The translations under genes were made by a program, and so were the position numbers. Under the pieces are notes generated by a model. It was not told the origin of the DNA and did not search any database. It saw nothing but the letters and a program-made list of their open reading frames with translations. Of a DNA stretch of 64,000 bases, positions 9,388-19,243 are shown piece after piece (the stretch's first letter is position 1; every line of letters begins with the position of its first letter). This DNA is from a virus, in the IMG/VR virus record IMGVR_UViG_3300023179_000056, positions 1 to 64,000 of that record; one strand, written 5' to 3'.

Positions 9388-10599
9388 TCAGCTGAACGAG
9401 AGATTACTTACGGCTATCTCTCCCACATAATCGCCCGCATTGCCGAATGAAGACGCAGTATTTGTCAATTCTATGAATCCGTAGCGTGTCATAAAGCTAA
9501 CCACTGGTTCGAATGTGGTTGGATCCAATACAACGCCTGAGCTCATCAGGGGAATGTATGGGCAGTAGAATGCAGGAGCGTCAGCTTCTGAACTACCTTT
9601 GTAGCCAACCAATACAGGTGTAGTGTCGCTAGCATAGCTATCAACAAAAACACGCATTGCGCCGTTCAGAGTACCAACAAACTTGGTGTTTGTAGGTGCT
9701 TCGAATGTACCTTCTGTGGTACGTGCAAATGCGCTGGTTGTAGCACTTTGCAGCACTGTGAGTGCAGCTGAGCTGACCACAGCATAGTTACCAGCGCCAC
9801 GACGTGTGCGTTGGGCGATCAAGTTAGCAACACGATTGATCAACACTGCCAAAGCAGCGTGTTCGTCACCAACGAATGTAGCTGTACCACTTACAGTAGC
9901 TTGGTTGTATGTGTACTCAGTTGTGGCCAGTGAGCGCAGGCTCAGCAAGATTTCTTGGTCAATTTCAGCTGTAATTTCTTGAGCCAAAGCTGCCATGATT
10001 TCGGCTTCTACGTCGATACCATGCATGGCTTGTGCGTCTTGAGCAGCTTCAAAAGTCCAACGAGCTTGCAACTTACGTGTCTTAGCTTCAACAGCTTGCT
10101 TCAAGATTTGCACGGAGATCTGACGACCACCACTACCTTCAAGCACTGATGTGTTAGCACCACTGTAGATAGTTTGTGTTGGATCAACAACACCAGCTGT
10201 GACGCTAGATGCCGAAGAATATGCTTGAGCAATCAAGAATGGGCTCAATGCTTCTTGGCCGGCAGCAGTACTGGTTTGAGCAGTGCTGGTGTCAGTCATT
10301 GTGTTGGCATAACGCACACGCAGAGTGTGGATCTGACCAACAGGTCCAGTCATTGGCTGAACGCCAACCAGTTCGTTAGCAATAACAGTTGGCATAACAC
10401 GACGGATCACTGGCAGAATCACACGGTTAAGTGTGGCAATGTTGCCAGAACCAGTGGAACCTGAGCTTGCATTTTCTTTCAAATACTTGCGTGTGTTCTC
10501 TAGGATCACGTTCATGCTGGTGCGCTTGTTGCCTTTTAGGCCTTCGAGAAGGGCTTCCTTGGTTTCATCCCAGCGGCCTTCTAATAGAGTTTGTGACAT
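9388..10599 (-). CDS. gp23: T4-like major capsid protein
   Basis: VGVQPMTGPVGQIHTLR, AKTRKLQARWTFEAAQD, EITAEID, FYCPYIPL, FMTRYG. Confidence 0.97.
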   Translation of the reverse strand: MSQTLLEGRWDETKEALLEGLKGNKRTSMNVILENTRKYLKENASSGSTGSGNIATLNRVILPVIRRVMPTVIANELVGVQPMTGPVGQIHTLRVRYANTMTDTSTAQTSTAAGQEALSPFLIAQAYSSASSVTAGVVDPTQTIYSGANTSVLEGSGGRQISVQILKQAVEAKTRKLQARWTFEAAQDAQAMHGIDVEAEIMAALAQEITAEIDQEILLSLRSLATTEYTYNQATVSGTATFVGDEHAALAVLINRVANLIAQRTRRGAGNYAVVSSAALTVLQSATTSAFARTTEGTFEAPTNTKFVGTLNGAMRVFVDSYASDTTPVLVGYKGSSEADAPAFYCPYIPLMSSGVVLDPTTFEPVVSFMTRYGFIELTNTASSFGNAGDYVGEIAVSNLSFS

Positions 10600-10621
10600 T
10601 TAAGTCTCCTTAGTTAAAAAA

Positions 10622-11719
10622 TTACAGCCCTGCCAGACGCTTGATGGCGATAACATTGCTGTTGTCAGCACTGTCTTCGTCTTGACGAGGGGCAGTTTTA
10701 TTACCAGTTACTTCTGACACATTTTCTGAAATCACCTGGCGGGCTTTTACAGACTTGCCTTCAGCTAATACTGCTGGTAGGTACTTTTCGAAGGCGTTCT
10801 TCAGACGAGGTGTCTGCACGCTCTCGAGTAAATTACGCATGACTTCACGCTTTTCCTCGTTGAGAGGAGAAAGCAGATCATCTAATGTGTTTTGACGCAC
10901 ATTGGATTCACGGATCACACGTATTTCACGTTCCTTGGACTCAACCAAGACTTTTGCCTTGTGGCTGAGTTTAATGGCCTCAGACAGTTGCTGTTCTCTG
11001 TGGGCGATGATGTTTTGCAACTTGCGAACTTCGGCTTTTTCATTGAGATGAGTAGCACCAAATTCCGCAGCATACGCTTCAAAAATACGACGACCAAAGC
11101 TGTTCTCGCGAGCAACCTGGATGTCTTCATGTAACTGACTAAGTTCAGCCTTCAAGTGATGGCTAACAGCTTGACTCATTTTTTTAGCACTTTCTTTTAC
11201 AAAACGTGCTTTGAGATTTTCTAACTTGCCACGTGCTTCTCGGACCAAACGTACTTTAGTTTCCACTACATCACGTTTGTCTTGGGCAAATTCTTGGATC
11301 TCACGAGCCAGTGCATGCACCATGAAGTGTTCTAGTTTTTCTAGTCCTTCATTGTGCTGCTTGCGGTCTTTGCGTAATTCGCTGATTTCTTCAGACAATT
11401 TTGTTACCATGAAATTGTTAAACTTCACAGCACTTTCTTTCATCTTGGATTGAAACTTCACACGATCTTCACGCAGGGCAGCTTTCTCTTGGGCAAACTC
11501 AGCGAGTTCACCGGTGAGACTTTCTGTCATCATCTTGTCTAAGGCTTCAACCATCACTGTCTTGTCGTGCTCGTAGCGTTGAGCAAACTCTTCACGTAGT
11601 TCTACTCGAACCTGTTCACGTGCTTCTGTCAGTTTTGATTCCCAAGCTTCGTTGAGTTCTCGACTGACGTCTTCTGTAATCAGGCCGCTATCTAGCAATG
11701 GTTTGATTGCATCTAGCAT
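10622..11719 (-). CDS. gp22: Prohead core scaffold protein
   Basis: Glu/Lys-rich coiled coil between the protease and capsid genes; FGRRIFEAY motif. Confidence 0.8.
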   Translation of the reverse strand: MLDAIKPLLDSGLITEDVSRELNEAWESKLTEAREQVRVELREEFAQRYEHDKTVMVEALDKMMTESLTGELAEFAQEKAALREDRVKFQSKMKESAVKFNNFMVTKLSEEISELRKDRKQHNEGLEKLEHFMVHALAREIQEFAQDKRDVVETKVRLVREARGKLENLKARFVKESAKKMSQAVSHHLKAELSQLHEDIQVARENSFGRRIFEAYAAEFGATHLNEKAEVRKLQNIIAHREQQLSEAIKLSHKAKVLVESKEREIRVIRESNVRQNTLDDLLSPLNEEKREVMRNLLESVQTPRLKNAFEKYLPAVLAEGKSVKARQVISENVSEVTGNKTAPRQDEDSADNSNVIAIKRLAGL

Positions 11720-11722
11720 GCT

Positions 11723-12364
11723 TTACTCCTTAATTTTGAGATCTTGAATAAGGCGTTTTACTTCCTCACGCAAATATCTCTGTACCTTGCTGTTCTGTCC
11801 GGCGTCCTTGGCAATCTCTAACACTTTATGACCGTACTTCATATTGCGAAGTCCTTCATAAATTGCACGAGGATATGCATGCGGGGCACTAGGCTGAGCA
11901 ACAATATCCACAGTGACTATTTCAAAGTCACTGACATGTCCGTTGCCATCGTTCACGTTGCCGGAACCACGGCTCGAAACTCCGAGTTTTACACCCGAAT
12001 CCAACATGGTCTTGACCAGTTGTCCCATCGGTGTAGGTAATATTTTCAACTTACCGTAACCAGCAGGTCCGTCCATCCACATTTTTTCAATGCAGTGACT
12101 GACTCTGTCTAGGTTTATTTTTAAATCTTCTGGGTGATCTACTTCGCCCAGAACCGAATACCCTTCTCGCAGTTGTTCATTGATACTGTGAACTGCTTTG
12201 CCAATTTCACTAACAGGATATACACGTTCGTTAGCGTTTTTTACTCCGCCTTCTATGCATATACCCTCCATGTACAATGTCTTTCCTGCGCCGTCAGGAC
12301 CATCTTCAACCAAGACGCGAATCTTGGCTTGGTTGAAGTTGAGATGTTCCTGTAAGTATTTCAT
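11723..12364 (-). CDS. gp21: Prohead protease
   Basis: NANERVYP, GEVDHP, LPTPMG, GVSSRGSG, DIVAQPSAP. Confidence 0.95.
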   Translation of the reverse strand: MKYLQEHLNFNQAKIRVLVEDGPDGAGKTLYMEGICIEGGVKNANERVYPVSEIGKAVHSINEQLREGYSVLGEVDHPEDLKINLDRVSHCIEKMWMDGPAGYGKLKILPTPMGQLVKTMLDSGVKLGVSSRGSGNVNDGNGHVSDFEIVTVDIVAQPSAPHAYPRAIYEGLRNMKYGHKVLEIAKDAGQNSKVQRYLREEVKRLIQDLKIKE

Positions 12365-12370
12365 CGCTGA

Positions 12371-13243
12371 TTACTTGCCTTTAGGAAACGGTGTACGTGT
12401 GTTTACACCTGTAGCTTGGCCCAAGTGCGGCTTGGTTGCAGGCTTCAAATCTTGTTTGGCTTGAGCAGGTGAGTTACCAACTTTACCAATCAGATCTTTT
12501 GTGGTATTTTTGTAAGCAGCAGTATCGTGGTGACCACCTTCTGCTTGTCCAGTTTTCACTGGACGACCAGCCATGCCAGTTTGTCCTGCATTAAATGCCA
12601 CAGGACCAGCTTTGCCGTCACCTTCTTCGTGGGTAGTAGTCTTTGGATATACTTGCTTCAGAGTGATGTTTTCCATCATGCCTTCAGTTTCAAATTCGTC
12701 AGCATCAACTTCGATATCATCCATGCCGCCGTCTAGATCCATGTCATCGCCGCCCATGTCATCGCCCATGTCGTCGCCGCCGCCCATCATGTGCTCAAAT
12801 TCAGCCATGAGTTCGTCTAACTTGTCAGCTAGATCCATTACATCGCCTTTTGTGGCAGCTTCTTCACCACCCATATCGTGCTCGCCTTCGAGGTCTTGAG
12901 TTAGGTCGTCGCCGGCTTCTTCAGCTTCATCATCGAAATCTACATCAGTATCGTCATCATCTTCGCCTTCATGCATGCCAGATTCTTCAGTTTCAACATC
13001 ATCGATCATGTCGCCGCTTTGGCTTCCGCCTAGTTCGTCGCCTTCTTCCATTGGAGGATTACCGTCACTGCCTGGTGGTTCTTCACCCATGGCGTTGTCT
13101 TCTTCCACTTCGTCCTCTTGCATGATGTTTTCATAGATCTGACGACTCTTGGCTACTACGATTTGATGAAAAAGTTCTTTGGCTTTTGCATCTTCGTCGT
13201 TGATCACATATTCAATCAACTTTTCAAACTGATTTTCACTCAT
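12371..13243 (-). CDS. Highly acidic prohead core-like protein (gp67/68 position)
   Basis: Asp/Glu-rich; lies between portal and protease. Confidence 0.55.
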   Translation of the reverse strand: MSENQFEKLIEYVINDEDAKAKELFHQIVVAKSRQIYENIMQEDEVEEDNAMGEEPPGSDGNPPMEEGDELGGSQSGDMIDDVETEESGMHEGEDDDDTDVDFDDEAEEAGDDLTQDLEGEHDMGGEEAATKGDVMDLADKLDELMAEFEHMMGGGDDMGDDMGGDDMDLDGGMDDIEVDADEFETEGMMENITLKQVYPKTTTHEEGDGKAGPVAFNAGQTGMAGRPVKTGQAEGGHHDTAAYKNTTKDLIGKVGNSPAQAKQDLKPATKPHLGQATGVNTRTPFPKGK

Positions 13244-13364
13244 TTAACTGGCTCCTATAGATATTCGTTAATTTTGCCACCCGGCAAAATGTATATCTAT
13301 ATTTACAATATAAGAGAAAAATATACCAGTTATGGCTGGTTTTTTAACAATTAAGACAGAAATG

Positions 13365-13583
13365 TTATACTACAGGAGCAGCCGGTGGTGCGTATTGAGT
13401 TCTAATGTCTTTTAGCTTTTCATTGTACTCAAAAGTCCTGGTATCATTCATTTTTCGCAATTTGTTCAATTGCATAAGTGTGAGCTTGGTTTTACGTAAT
13501 TGACCAAGATGAGGCTGAGTATTATCAGCTGCTACATCTTGATATGCACTGGGACTACGTTCGTAAAGCTCGTTAAGGATCAT
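13365..13583 (-). CDS. Small head-module protein (72 aa)
   Basis: MILNELYERSP...RKTKLTLMQLNKLRKM. ATG 13583 follows the portal stop and a TAAATA box; the longer tracked ORF overlaps the portal gene. Confidence 0.7.
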   Translation of the reverse strand: MILNELYERSPSAYQDVAADNTQPHLGQLRKTKLTLMQLNKLRKMNDTRTFEYNEKLKDIRTQYAPPAAPVV

Positions 13584-13590
13584 GATATAT

Positions 13591-15414
13591 TTATGCAGCG
13601 CCCGGAATTGGTGCTCCAGCACCCGGTGGCTGTGCCGCTGGAGTATTTCCAATTGTGCCGCCTGGTGATCCTGGTGATCCTGGTACACCTTCTTGTCCTG
13701 CTGGAACAAGATTTGACATTTCTTGACCCATTGCAACATCACTCTCTAATCCAGCAGGTGTAATACCTACTGAACGTAGATCTTGTCCTTGTGATGTTTC
13801 CAGTTCAGGTTTGGAGCGTTCTTCTTTCCAAAGTTTGGAATTTTGCTGGATTTCATCTTCGGTCAAGCCTAAGAAACGCTCCAACAAGAATCGTTTGCTC
13901 ATGTAAGGCAGTGCTTCCAAACTGGTAAAAGCTGTGATACGTGATGTATCTAATTCAGCTTGACGGTAGCTGGCAAAGTTTTGTGGTGGGTTAAACTTGA
14001 TCTGGAACAGGCCAGCATCAATGTTGAACCCTCTCCATCGCAGGAACATTTTGAATTCATCATCCAGCTTCTGCATGATCAAAGATTGCAAACGCTCACA
14101 ATACTGGTTGAATCTATACTCTTGTATCAAGGCTGTGCCTACTTTTCCGTCGGTCAAAGCACGGTCAGAGTCGTCTGGACCAGTGGGCAGGTAGCTTGAA
14201 GGCACACGCAGACCACGGGCCATTTTGTTGTTAAAATACTTTAAATCGTCAATTTCGCCCAGATTTTGTCCGCCTTGCAGCATCTCAACTGAGCTGCCGC
14301 GACCATCTGCACCCACTGGAAAGAAGAAATCTTCGTTAATACTCAGCGGATTGTAGCTACTATCCATGATGTTCTGACCGCCACCGCCGTATGTGGGAAT
14401 ACGGCGTTGATGCATTTCATTTTTCACACGTTCCACAAACGCCATGGCCATGTGGCTGGGCATGTTGCCTACGTCGATCTTGAACAATCTACGCTCAGGT
14501 GCACGTTGTACACGATAGATCAACATGGCATCTTCCAACAGTTCTTTCTGTTTGAATACCTTGAAGATGTTTTCTAGGATTGATTTACCAAATGGCCAGA
14601 ATGTATCCAGGCCTTCGTTTAAACTCAAATGCACCACGTGTTTGGCATCAATACAAGTTTCATTCACTGCACGATTGAATCTGCTCACACCGCTCATGGC
14701 TGAACTAGGAGCAGTATAGCCGCCGCCTTGCATACTGCCGCCGATACCACCTGCACCACCTGAACTTGGGTTGACCATGAAGTCAGTTGTGGTTTTTGCT
14801 GCCACAGTCAAATTTTGAAAGTTAGGATTGATATCACGTATGATGTATTGTTCTGGGCGTTTGCCTTCATTTTCATTAACAATCACACGTACCACTTTGC
14901 TCATGTCCACCCAGTACATTTCAAATGTTTCTGGATCACGTACAAATACCTGATCACCGTACTTGATTGTGTTACGGAACAGTTTGAATATGCGTTGATC
15001 CAGCTTGTTCAGCTTGACCCATTGCTGCATCTGTTTGCGGATGATTTCAATTTCATGATCTGTTGGATCATCATTGTATGTTATATCAAACGGTGTGTCG
15101 TTATGCTCGTTTAGTTGTGTGGAAAATTCTGATATGATATCTAAACATGCATTGACTTCTGAATCAGCATCCATGTTTTCGTATTGATTATAACGTTCAA
15201 TACGGTTAGGATGACCTGAGTAAACTTCCGGCAATCGACTGGCATAGTTTCTAAAGCTGAAATCAGTATCTGCTTGATTGCTACGACGCCCATCATTTTT
15301 GGGATATCCAGGTAATCCTTGATCTCGACCGCCCGCAATTGGGCTCATCTGTCCAGATAAATCTGCGACTTTGAAATATTTTTTCCACCCAGTGCCTTTG
15401 TTTGATTCTGCCAT
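13591..15414 (-). CDS. gp20: Portal vertex protein
   Basis: LLEDAMLIYRVQRAPERRLFKIDVGNMP, EDFFFP, GGQNLGEIDD. Confidence 0.96.
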   Translation of the reverse strand: MAESNKGTGWKKYFKVADLSGQMSPIAGGRDQGLPGYPKNDGRRSNQADTDFSFRNYASRLPEVYSGHPNRIERYNQYENMDADSEVNACLDIISEFSTQLNEHNDTPFDITYNDDPTDHEIEIIRKQMQQWVKLNKLDQRIFKLFRNTIKYGDQVFVRDPETFEMYWVDMSKVVRVIVNENEGKRPEQYIIRDINPNFQNLTVAAKTTTDFMVNPSSGGAGGIGGSMQGGGYTAPSSAMSGVSRFNRAVNETCIDAKHVVHLSLNEGLDTFWPFGKSILENIFKVFKQKELLEDAMLIYRVQRAPERRLFKIDVGNMPSHMAMAFVERVKNEMHQRRIPTYGGGGQNIMDSSYNPLSINEDFFFPVGADGRGSSVEMLQGGQNLGEIDDLKYFNNKMARGLRVPSSYLPTGPDDSDRALTDGKVGTALIQEYRFNQYCERLQSLIMQKLDDEFKMFLRWRGFNIDAGLFQIKFNPPQNFASYRQAELDTSRITAFTSLEALPYMSKRFLLERFLGLTEDEIQQNSKLWKEERSKPELETSQGQDLRSVGITPAGLESDVAMGQEMSNLVPAGQEGVPGSPGSPGGTIGNTPAAQPPGAGAPIPGAA

Positions 15415-15430
15415 AGTGAGTTATTTATTG

Positions 15431-17317
15431 TTAATTTCTAGTCTGTTGCAGTATCTTAGCTTGAGTACCTACACTTCGTCTCATGAGCTCTACTAGTTCG
15501 TTTGTACTGGATGTTTGCAATCCAATATTGTTAGCCAATGTCATTATGCTTTGAGTTAATTCTGCATTGTTCCCTGCACTGGATTCCTGAGAAGACAACA
15601 ATGTAGGTGCATTAGTCGGTGTAGTGTCACCAAGATTTGTACGATAAGTTGTGTTTGGCCCAGCTATTCCGGACAGTCCTGTATAGACATTGCTGCCAGT
15701 GATGTTGCTTGTTCTTCCAGATAATCCTTCATAGGTTTGTGTGCTGTTAGGACGCTCAACTTCTAACGGTTTTGTCATGGCTGCATATGCTTTGCTAGCA
15801 GTTGCATTGACAAATTCTACTAGATCTCCCGGTTTCCATCTGGTTCCGTAACCGGCAGTAGCAGAAGCATTTACCCCACGTCCTGATCCTGGTTCTCCAG
15901 GTCTGGCACTGACTGATGTTTTTGCGCCTATGTATTCTTTGGGTAGCACTGTGATTACTTTTTCAATACCAGTGGCTAATTTTAACATTCCAGCAGTTAC
16001 AGGGCCCACACCATGATTCACAAGATTATCCAGAGCCATAGTAGTAGCTCTTTGTGCCTCACGCAATGCTACTTGATTGTTGATATCAACATCACCACCT
16101 TTGGCAAGCACAGCTATTTGTTTAGTAGCTGCTTGTTCAGCTTCTTCTCCTTTCAAGCGCGATAGCTCCCGCTGTGCTGCATAACTTGCTTGTATTATGT
16201 CGTTGACCCCAGCTTTGGCCAATCCTATATTTCTTTTGGTACTTGCATCAGCTTCTTTGGCTCCTGCGTCAATGACTTTTGCTGCTTTGAAATTTTGACT
16301 TATAATTGCTTGAGACATCTCAGGCAATGCGATATACATTTTTCTGGCTTCTGGACTGTTTACAAATCCACTCATCAAATCCATAACACCTTGTTTCAAT
16401 GCTGCTGGTGTTCTTGATAATAGTATCTCATTTTGTTTCATCTGATCTTCAGCTGCTCGCGCGCCAGCTTCATCACCAGCTGCCCGGGCAGCATCTGCCT
16501 TCATCTGCAATTCAAGTGATACTGCTGCATATCTTTCATTTGCTTGTCGTGTTTCTGCCTCTTTGGCCAGGGCATCTGCTGACTTTCCTGTAAGTCGGCT
16601 GAGTTTATCTTGTTGCCGAATATATTCTTCTGCACCAGCAGTGAGTTGTGCTGTGCTTTTAACAACACCAGCATTGGTTAATGTTTGTATTTTTAGATAA
16701 TTTGCTGTGCCTTCATTGATATTCTTGGTAGTCAGTCCCATGCGTTCAAATTCAGCTTGCAGTCCTGACTGTTGTATGCCAGCAGCCACTCCGGCAAATG
16801 CTTTAGTGCCTTGACTAACTGTGCCGCCCAGTACTGCCAATGCTTCACTATTTTGAGTAATCATTGCACCAAACTCAGGCAATTGATTCATAGTGAGCCC
16901 AAATTGTTGCATGTTACCAAATACACCTTTCAGGCCGTCGGCTCCGGCACCGCCTACTCTACTGAGATCTTGAAAACTTTTGAACAGTGCATCGCCTTGC
17001 TGATTGGCTCTGACCATGTATTCAGCAGCAAATCCAGTAAGTTTACCAAATGCTGTGCCTAACAGGCCTGCTGATTGTAACAAAGTTCCCAGCGCCGCAG
17101 AACTGGAATTGATTACACCGTTAAACGCACTTGCACCTTGCTGGCCATTGGCCATAGCGGTAGCAAATCCAGTGGCTCCATTTCCAATTTGCTTCATGGC
17201 TTGCGGAAAAGTTTGAGCAAAGCTATTTGTCTGTCCAGCAGCTCTACCCATAACCTCTCGAAGGCGACTTAATTCGTCTCTTAATGCGTTTAATTCATCT
17301 GATGTAGAATCTGCCAT
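15431..17317 (-). CDS. Tape-measure-like protein
   Basis: 628 aa, Ala/Gly/Gln-rich and helical-looking; next to the gp26-like gene. Confidence 0.55.
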   Translation of the reverse strand: MADSTSDELNALRDELSRLREVMGRAAGQTNSFAQTFPQAMKQIGNGATGFATAMANGQQGASAFNGVINSSSAALGTLLQSAGLLGTAFGKLTGFAAEYMVRANQQGDALFKSFQDLSRVGGAGADGLKGVFGNMQQFGLTMNQLPEFGAMITQNSEALAVLGGTVSQGTKAFAGVAAGIQQSGLQAEFERMGLTTKNINEGTANYLKIQTLTNAGVVKSTAQLTAGAEEYIRQQDKLSRLTGKSADALAKEAETRQANERYAAVSLELQMKADAARAAGDEAGARAAEDQMKQNEILLSRTPAALKQGVMDLMSGFVNSPEARKMYIALPEMSQAIISQNFKAAKVIDAGAKEADASTKRNIGLAKAGVNDIIQASYAAQRELSRLKGEEAEQAATKQIAVLAKGGDVDINNQVALREAQRATTMALDNLVNHGVGPVTAGMLKLATGIEKVITVLPKEYIGAKTSVSARPGEPGSGRGVNASATAGYGTRWKPGDLVEFVNATASKAYAAMTKPLEVERPNSTQTYEGLSGRTSNITGSNVYTGLSGIAGPNTTYRTNLGDTTPTNAPTLLSSQESSAGNNAELTQSIMTLANNIGLQTSSTNELVELMRRSVGTQAKILQQTRN

Positions 17318-17380
17318 ATTCGGTCCTTGTAATTTTATACTGGGTAAGGTTGATCATAATTATATTTAGCGAGGAAAATC

Positions 17381-18217
17381 ATGCTACCAAACAACCCCCT
17401 AACACAATATTTCCGGCAACCTGCCATTTATATCCGCCTGCCGTCTGGCGGCAAATTTTATCCGCCAGGCACACTGAATATGCCAGCCAATGGAGAATTG
17501 CCAGTGCTGCCCATGACCAGTGTAGACGAAATCACTTACAGAACCCCAGATGCATTGTTCAACGGAGCAGCCACAGTGAATGTGATCAAAAGCTGTATTC
17601 CAGCTATACGTGATCCGTGGGCTATGCCAGCAGCTGATCTTGATGCTGCACTAGTAGGCATACGTATTGCCAGTTACGGGCATGCAATGGATCTTGATGT
17701 TGCATGCCCAGCATGCAATACTGACGAATCAATCAGCATTGATTTACGTGTGGTCAACGATACATTAAAAATAGGTGATTATGAAAAATCACTAAGCATT
17801 GGTGATTTAGAATTCTGGTTCCGCCCTATTCCGTATAAATTTGTAAACGATAACAATCAGATGCAAATGGAGCAACAACAGGCCATGCGTGTGCTTGAAA
17901 GTGATGCGGACGAAAAAACAAAACTAGATCAATTAAATCGTAGTCTGGCATTGATCAATGAAACCACATTGAGAACTATAGCCCAGAGTATTGCTGCTAT
18001 CAAAACTCCACAAGCAATGGTAAGTGAAACTGAATACATTGTTGAGTATCTACAGAATTGTGATAGCAAAATATTCAATCAATTACGAGATCATGTGATC
18101 TCAGTCAAACAACAAAGTGATATACAACCACTGGCATTGACTTGCAAGGAATGCAGTCATCAGTATTTGCAACCGTTTACACTGAATCTATCAAATTTTT
18201 TCGTCAACGCCTCCTGA
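17381..18217 (+). CDS. gp26: Baseplate hub assembly protein (gp26-like)
   Basis: NPLTQYFRQP..IRLPS, MT..DE, IRIASYG, two CxxC pairs, C-terminal NFF. Confidence 0.75.
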   Translation: MLPNNPLTQYFRQPAIYIRLPSGGKFYPPGTLNMPANGELPVLPMTSVDEITYRTPDALFNGAATVNVIKSCIPAIRDPWAMPAADLDAALVGIRIASYGHAMDLDVACPACNTDESISIDLRVVNDTLKIGDYEKSLSIGDLEFWFRPIPYKFVNDNNQMQMEQQQAMRVLESDADEKTKLDQLNRSLALINETTLRTIAQSIAAIKTPQAMVSETEYIVEYLQNCDSKIFNQLRDHVISVKQQSDIQPLALTCKECSHQYLQPFTLNLSNFFVNAS

Positions 18218-18255
18218 CCTCTAGCCCTGAAGAGATCAACAAGTTGATCGAAAAC

Positions 18256-18432
18256 ATGGATAAAGATTGTCAACAAATACGCCAGGAGGCTATCAAGATG
18301 AGTTGGTTCATGCGGGGTGGATTAACTTACGATCAAGCCATGACATTGGGTGTTCAGGAACGTGAGATCATAAACAACTTGATCAAAGACAACCTGGAGA
18401 CAACAAAAAAAAGTGGTTTGCCATTTTTTTAG
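18256..18432 (+). CDS. Small gp51-like hub assembly protein, possibly expressed as a -1 frameshift extension
   Basis: MSWFMRGGLTYDQAMTL...ER..I..LIKDNLE; its frame is open back through the end of gp26. Confidence 0.65.
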   Translation: MDKDCQQIRQEAIKMSWFMRGGLTYDQAMTLGVQEREIINNLIKDNLETTKKSGLPFF

Positions 18433-18467
18433 TAAAACGGAAACTCTCATTTGTTAGTATAAATAAA

Positions 18468-18475
18468 CATAACAG
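18468..18475 (+). promoter_or_regulatory. Late promoter TATAAATA
   Basis: Exact T4 late consensus followed by an AGGAG RBS and ATG 18485. Confidence 0.7.
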
Positions 18476-18484
18476 GAGACAAGT

Positions 18485-19243
18485 ATGTTTATTCAAAACA
18501 AGTACAAAAAATGGTATGATGCTATTATTAAAAAAGCACAATCAAGATTATTAACATCCACATATTCAGAAAATCATCACATCCTACCACGTAGTCTAAG
18601 TGGTAGTGACCTAATAGAAAATATAGTCACACTCTCTGCTAGAGAACATTTTATTTGTCATGTGTTATTGACCAAATTCACTACAGGTGCACACAGACAT
18701 AAAATGTTATATGCTGCTAACATGATGTCACAAGTATCAAGAGATTATCAAGAGCGTTTTATACCAAATTCAAGACTTTATGAAATGATCAAAAAACAAT
18801 TTGGTCAGATGCATTCAAAAAGATTAACTGGACGTAAACTTACCGAAGATCACAAAGCAAAGATTTCAGCAGCCGGGCGTGGCAGAGTAAGTTCTCAAGA
18901 AACCATCGAGAAGCGGCGTACATCGTGTACAGGTAAAAAACGCACACCCGAACAAAAAGAAAGAATGCAGAAAGCACAGCTTAATCGTAAAGAAAAAACA
19001 CCAGAAGAAAAAGAGGCTATAGCTTTTAAATTATCTCAAGCACTAAAAGGTAAATCCACTGGTGCAAAGTCAGACACACATAAAGAGATGTTATCTAAGT
19101 CATTGGCAGGTAGAAATAAAGGTATTCCTAAGTCAGAAGAAACTAAACAAAAAATGCGTAAACCAAAATCAGAAGCACACAAGAAAGCAATTTCACAAGC
19201 ACGTATAGCAAAATATAAAGCATTACGTGAGTCATCTGTTTAG
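18485..19243 (+). CDS. HNH homing endonuclease with NUMOD3-like repeats
   Basis: ENHHILPRSLSGSD..ENIVTLSAREHFICH; several KSEETKQKM / SEAHKKAIS repeats; paralogue of 8530..9282. Confidence 0.85.
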   Translation: MFIQNKYKKWYDAIIKKAQSRLLTSTYSENHHILPRSLSGSDLIENIVTLSAREHFICHVLLTKFTTGAHRHKMLYAANMMSQVSRDYQERFIPNSRLYEMIKKQFGQMHSKRLTGRKLTEDHKAKISAAGRGRVSSQETIEKRRTSCTGKKRTPEQKERMQKAQLNRKEKTPEEKEAIAFKLSQALKGKSTGAKSDTHKEMLSKSLAGRNKGIPKSEETKQKMRKPKSEAHKKAISQARIAKYKALRESSV

